A stretch of DNA of 64,000 bases from Monocercomonoides exilis PA203 (Eukaryota > Protista > Preaxostyla), in assembly GCA_001643675.2 (NCBI GenBank), contig LSRY02000035.1, positions 434,001-498,000 on the forward strand. Reading direction: 5' to 3'. Both the position numbers and the translations under genes were made by a program. Under the pieces are notes generated by a model. It had not been told where the DNA came from. It saw nothing but the letters and a program-made list of their open reading frames with translations, and ran no database searches. This document shows positions 61,757-64,000 of the stretch, one piece after another. How positions within the stretch are numbered: the stretch's first letter is position 1; the number at the start of each line of letters is the position of its first letter.

Positions 61757-63755
61757 TCACCCTTTCTGCCTTCCAGCTCCTCCGCTGCACACAAACCATG
61801 CAACAACAGGCTCCACCTTCTTCATTTCCTCAACCAAATGCTTCTCAAAGCTCATCACATCCTCTGGATCAATTCCCCTCCGCCGAAGTCTCCGAATATA
61901 CTTCACCTCACGCAACGAAAACACATACCGTTTGAGCATTTCACATTCATCCACAACATACCCTCTTCCTCCACGCTCCCAGCGACTCGTATTCATGCCC
62001 ATCTGCTCCAATCCATGCAGCCCCAGCCTCTTTATCACGCTCTCACATTCTTCATCTCTATCACCTGCACCGCCCCTCACTCCCTCTTTTCCAAATGGAT
62101 CCTCAAAATCTCGAATAATCAAATCTCTGCTTCTTCCCCTTTCGCTTTGCAAAGCCCTTTCCCCACCCTCTTTCTCTTCTCTTTCTCCTCTTTTCTCTCT
62201 TTGCACCCATCCGTCTTTCCAGCTGTCCCATGTTAACTTATCGAATCCTGTTTCTTCTTGTCCTCTCACACTTGGCATCTCGATCGTTTTTCTATCCAAA
62301 TGCATATTCTTCTCAAAAGAATCCTCTTCTTTTCCTCTCGCGCCTGCCACATGTGAAATTCCCTCTCCATCTCTACACATCAACTTACTGCCCTCCTTAC
62401 AACTTGGTGCGTACAGTCCCCATCCCAAGCAACTCCATTGCATTGCCCCTCTAAAATAACTCTCTCTCTCAAATGGTTCGCATCGACAATTCCTCTCACC
62501 ATTCCTTCCCCCTGAACCTGCACTCCATGGCAGCTCTCTTTCAAATAATTTCACTTCCTCATGCCTCTCATCCACCTCCTTTTCAATTTCCCCCTTCGCC
62601 AACTCCAATCTTTCTTTTCTGTTTTCTTCCTTTTCTTCTATCTCTTCTTTCTCTCCTGTTTTATCCTCTCTTTCCCAACTTTTCTTTTTCAATTTCTTCT
62701 TCTTTCCCATCCCAATCCATTTCTCCATCTCTCTCTCGTCCATTTCCGTCTTTTCACTCTCCTCGTTCTCTTCTGCGCTCTCTTCACATTCCAAACCCAT
62801 CTTTTCTCTCATTTCTCTTTCCGCAAAATCCCACATTTCTGCTTCTTCCTCTCCCATCCACTCCTTCCTAACCCACACCCCAAATACTCTTGCAAACAAC
62901 TTTGCCTCCTTGATCTGCTTCCGGTTCACTGCTTTCCTTTCTTTCTCTCTTATTTCCTTCATTCTTCTCTTCCTTGAGCAGGCTTCTTCTTTATATTCAT
63001 CATAATTTCTCAATCTCTTTTCCTTCTCCACCTCATCCATATCTGTTTCATCTTCCATGCTCACTTCATCCTCTCTCTTTTTCAAATTCATGTCTTCTCT
63101 TTCCCATCGCTTCACCATTTCCAACCTCCCCGCCTCTCTCATATCCTCCTCCTTCCTTCCAGATAGATCCATCTCCATTTCTCTGCTTTTCCAATATCTC
63201 ACATCTTCAAATCCTGTTCCTATCCTTTCTTTCAAACAGAGAGTTTTATCTGCTGCATCCTCTCCGATTTGCAGAATTCCTCCTGCACGCTCCGAGCTCT
63301 TCCTCAAATCTCTTTCTTCCAGAGAAATCCTTTCAGAACATAATGTTTCTGACCCCCTGAAACTGTGACCAATTGCATCGCTGCCTGGTTCAAATGCAAG
63401 CTTGCTCCTATGGTCTCCTTGTCCCATCTTAAAGTTTTGAGACGCACAGCTCAAAATTTCGCTGTTTCCATTCATCCAGCTCCACCCAAAGGGGCCCGAT
63501 GATCTGTCTCCACTCCTTGCAGTGCACGACATGCAAATATCCAATACATTTATGGGTAATGTTGCGCTTTCCATTGTTCCCAATTTCCTTTTCAAAAATG
63601 ACTGAAAACACAAATTGAATAAAAAATCAAGCACAACCACGCACCACATCCACAAAATAAAGCAGATACTCTGTTAATGCGTTGAACTTATATTATTAGC
63701 AAACATGTTGCTGCGGCTCCCACGGAGATTGTTCGGTGAAGCTCGCCACATCCAT
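61757..63755 (-). CDS. Hypothetical Glu/Arg/Lys-rich protein
   Basis: 1.9-kb purine-rich ORF (63655-61757). Its 5' end looks intronic, and a short upstream exon 63755-63705 (MDVASFTEQSPWEPQQH|GTTTGC) is likely. No recognisable domain. Confidence 0.55.
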
Positions 63756-64000
63756 TTTCTTAAAACTGAAAACTTGAAAAATAATTATGGGTATCAAAAA
63801 ATTCTTGTGGAATAAGTTATTGTTTCAATTGTGAGTACTGTTTTCATTTGTTTCGAATTCGAATTGAATTCTTTCTCGAAATACATGAAAAGAGGATTCC
63901 ACCATTTCTTTTTTCTTTTTTTTTTATTGAAAATAAAGGACTTTTCATATTCTTCAAAAGACAGATTTTATTTTGCAAGGCGAAAAATAAAGAAAAAAAG

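Overview
AT-rich eukaryotic DNA with short GT-AG spliceosomal introns, the standard genetic code and many TCN/GAA microsatellite tracts. The gene families strongly resemble those of the oxymonad Monocercomonoides; this is my recognition, not a database result. Two genes are recognisable housekeeping genes and lie head-to-head: a Nudix MTH1/NUDT1-like 8-oxo-dGTPase and an Ipi1/TEX10-like pre-60S factor. Lineage-specific genes: (i) one intact and two pseudogenised Cys-rich GGA-repeat (beta-helix-like) single-pass surface proteins, one with a pseudokinase tail; (ii) five copies of a 3-exon, ~440-aa 'YHQEHxNLTQLAYQSAW' family showing patchwork sequence exchange; (iii) two large, diverged helical-repeat paralogs; (iv) a SPRY-like gene. 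DNA transposons are dense: a ~1-kb TA-flanked foldback element, a Merlin-like MITE with a perfect 8-bp TSD, a dead intron-containing hAT transposase, a dead PIF/Harbinger-ISL2EU-type transposase, and an AAA|TTT-flanked MITE with a Spy-like signature. Most notable is a 4.1-kb TIR-bounded unit carrying a truncated surface-protein gene (a candidate gene-capturing 'Pack' element). A 197-bp piece of the Ipi1-like gene is also copied 40 kb away between microsatellites. I saw no rRNA, tRNA or CRISPR features. All alignments and splice models were done by eye.
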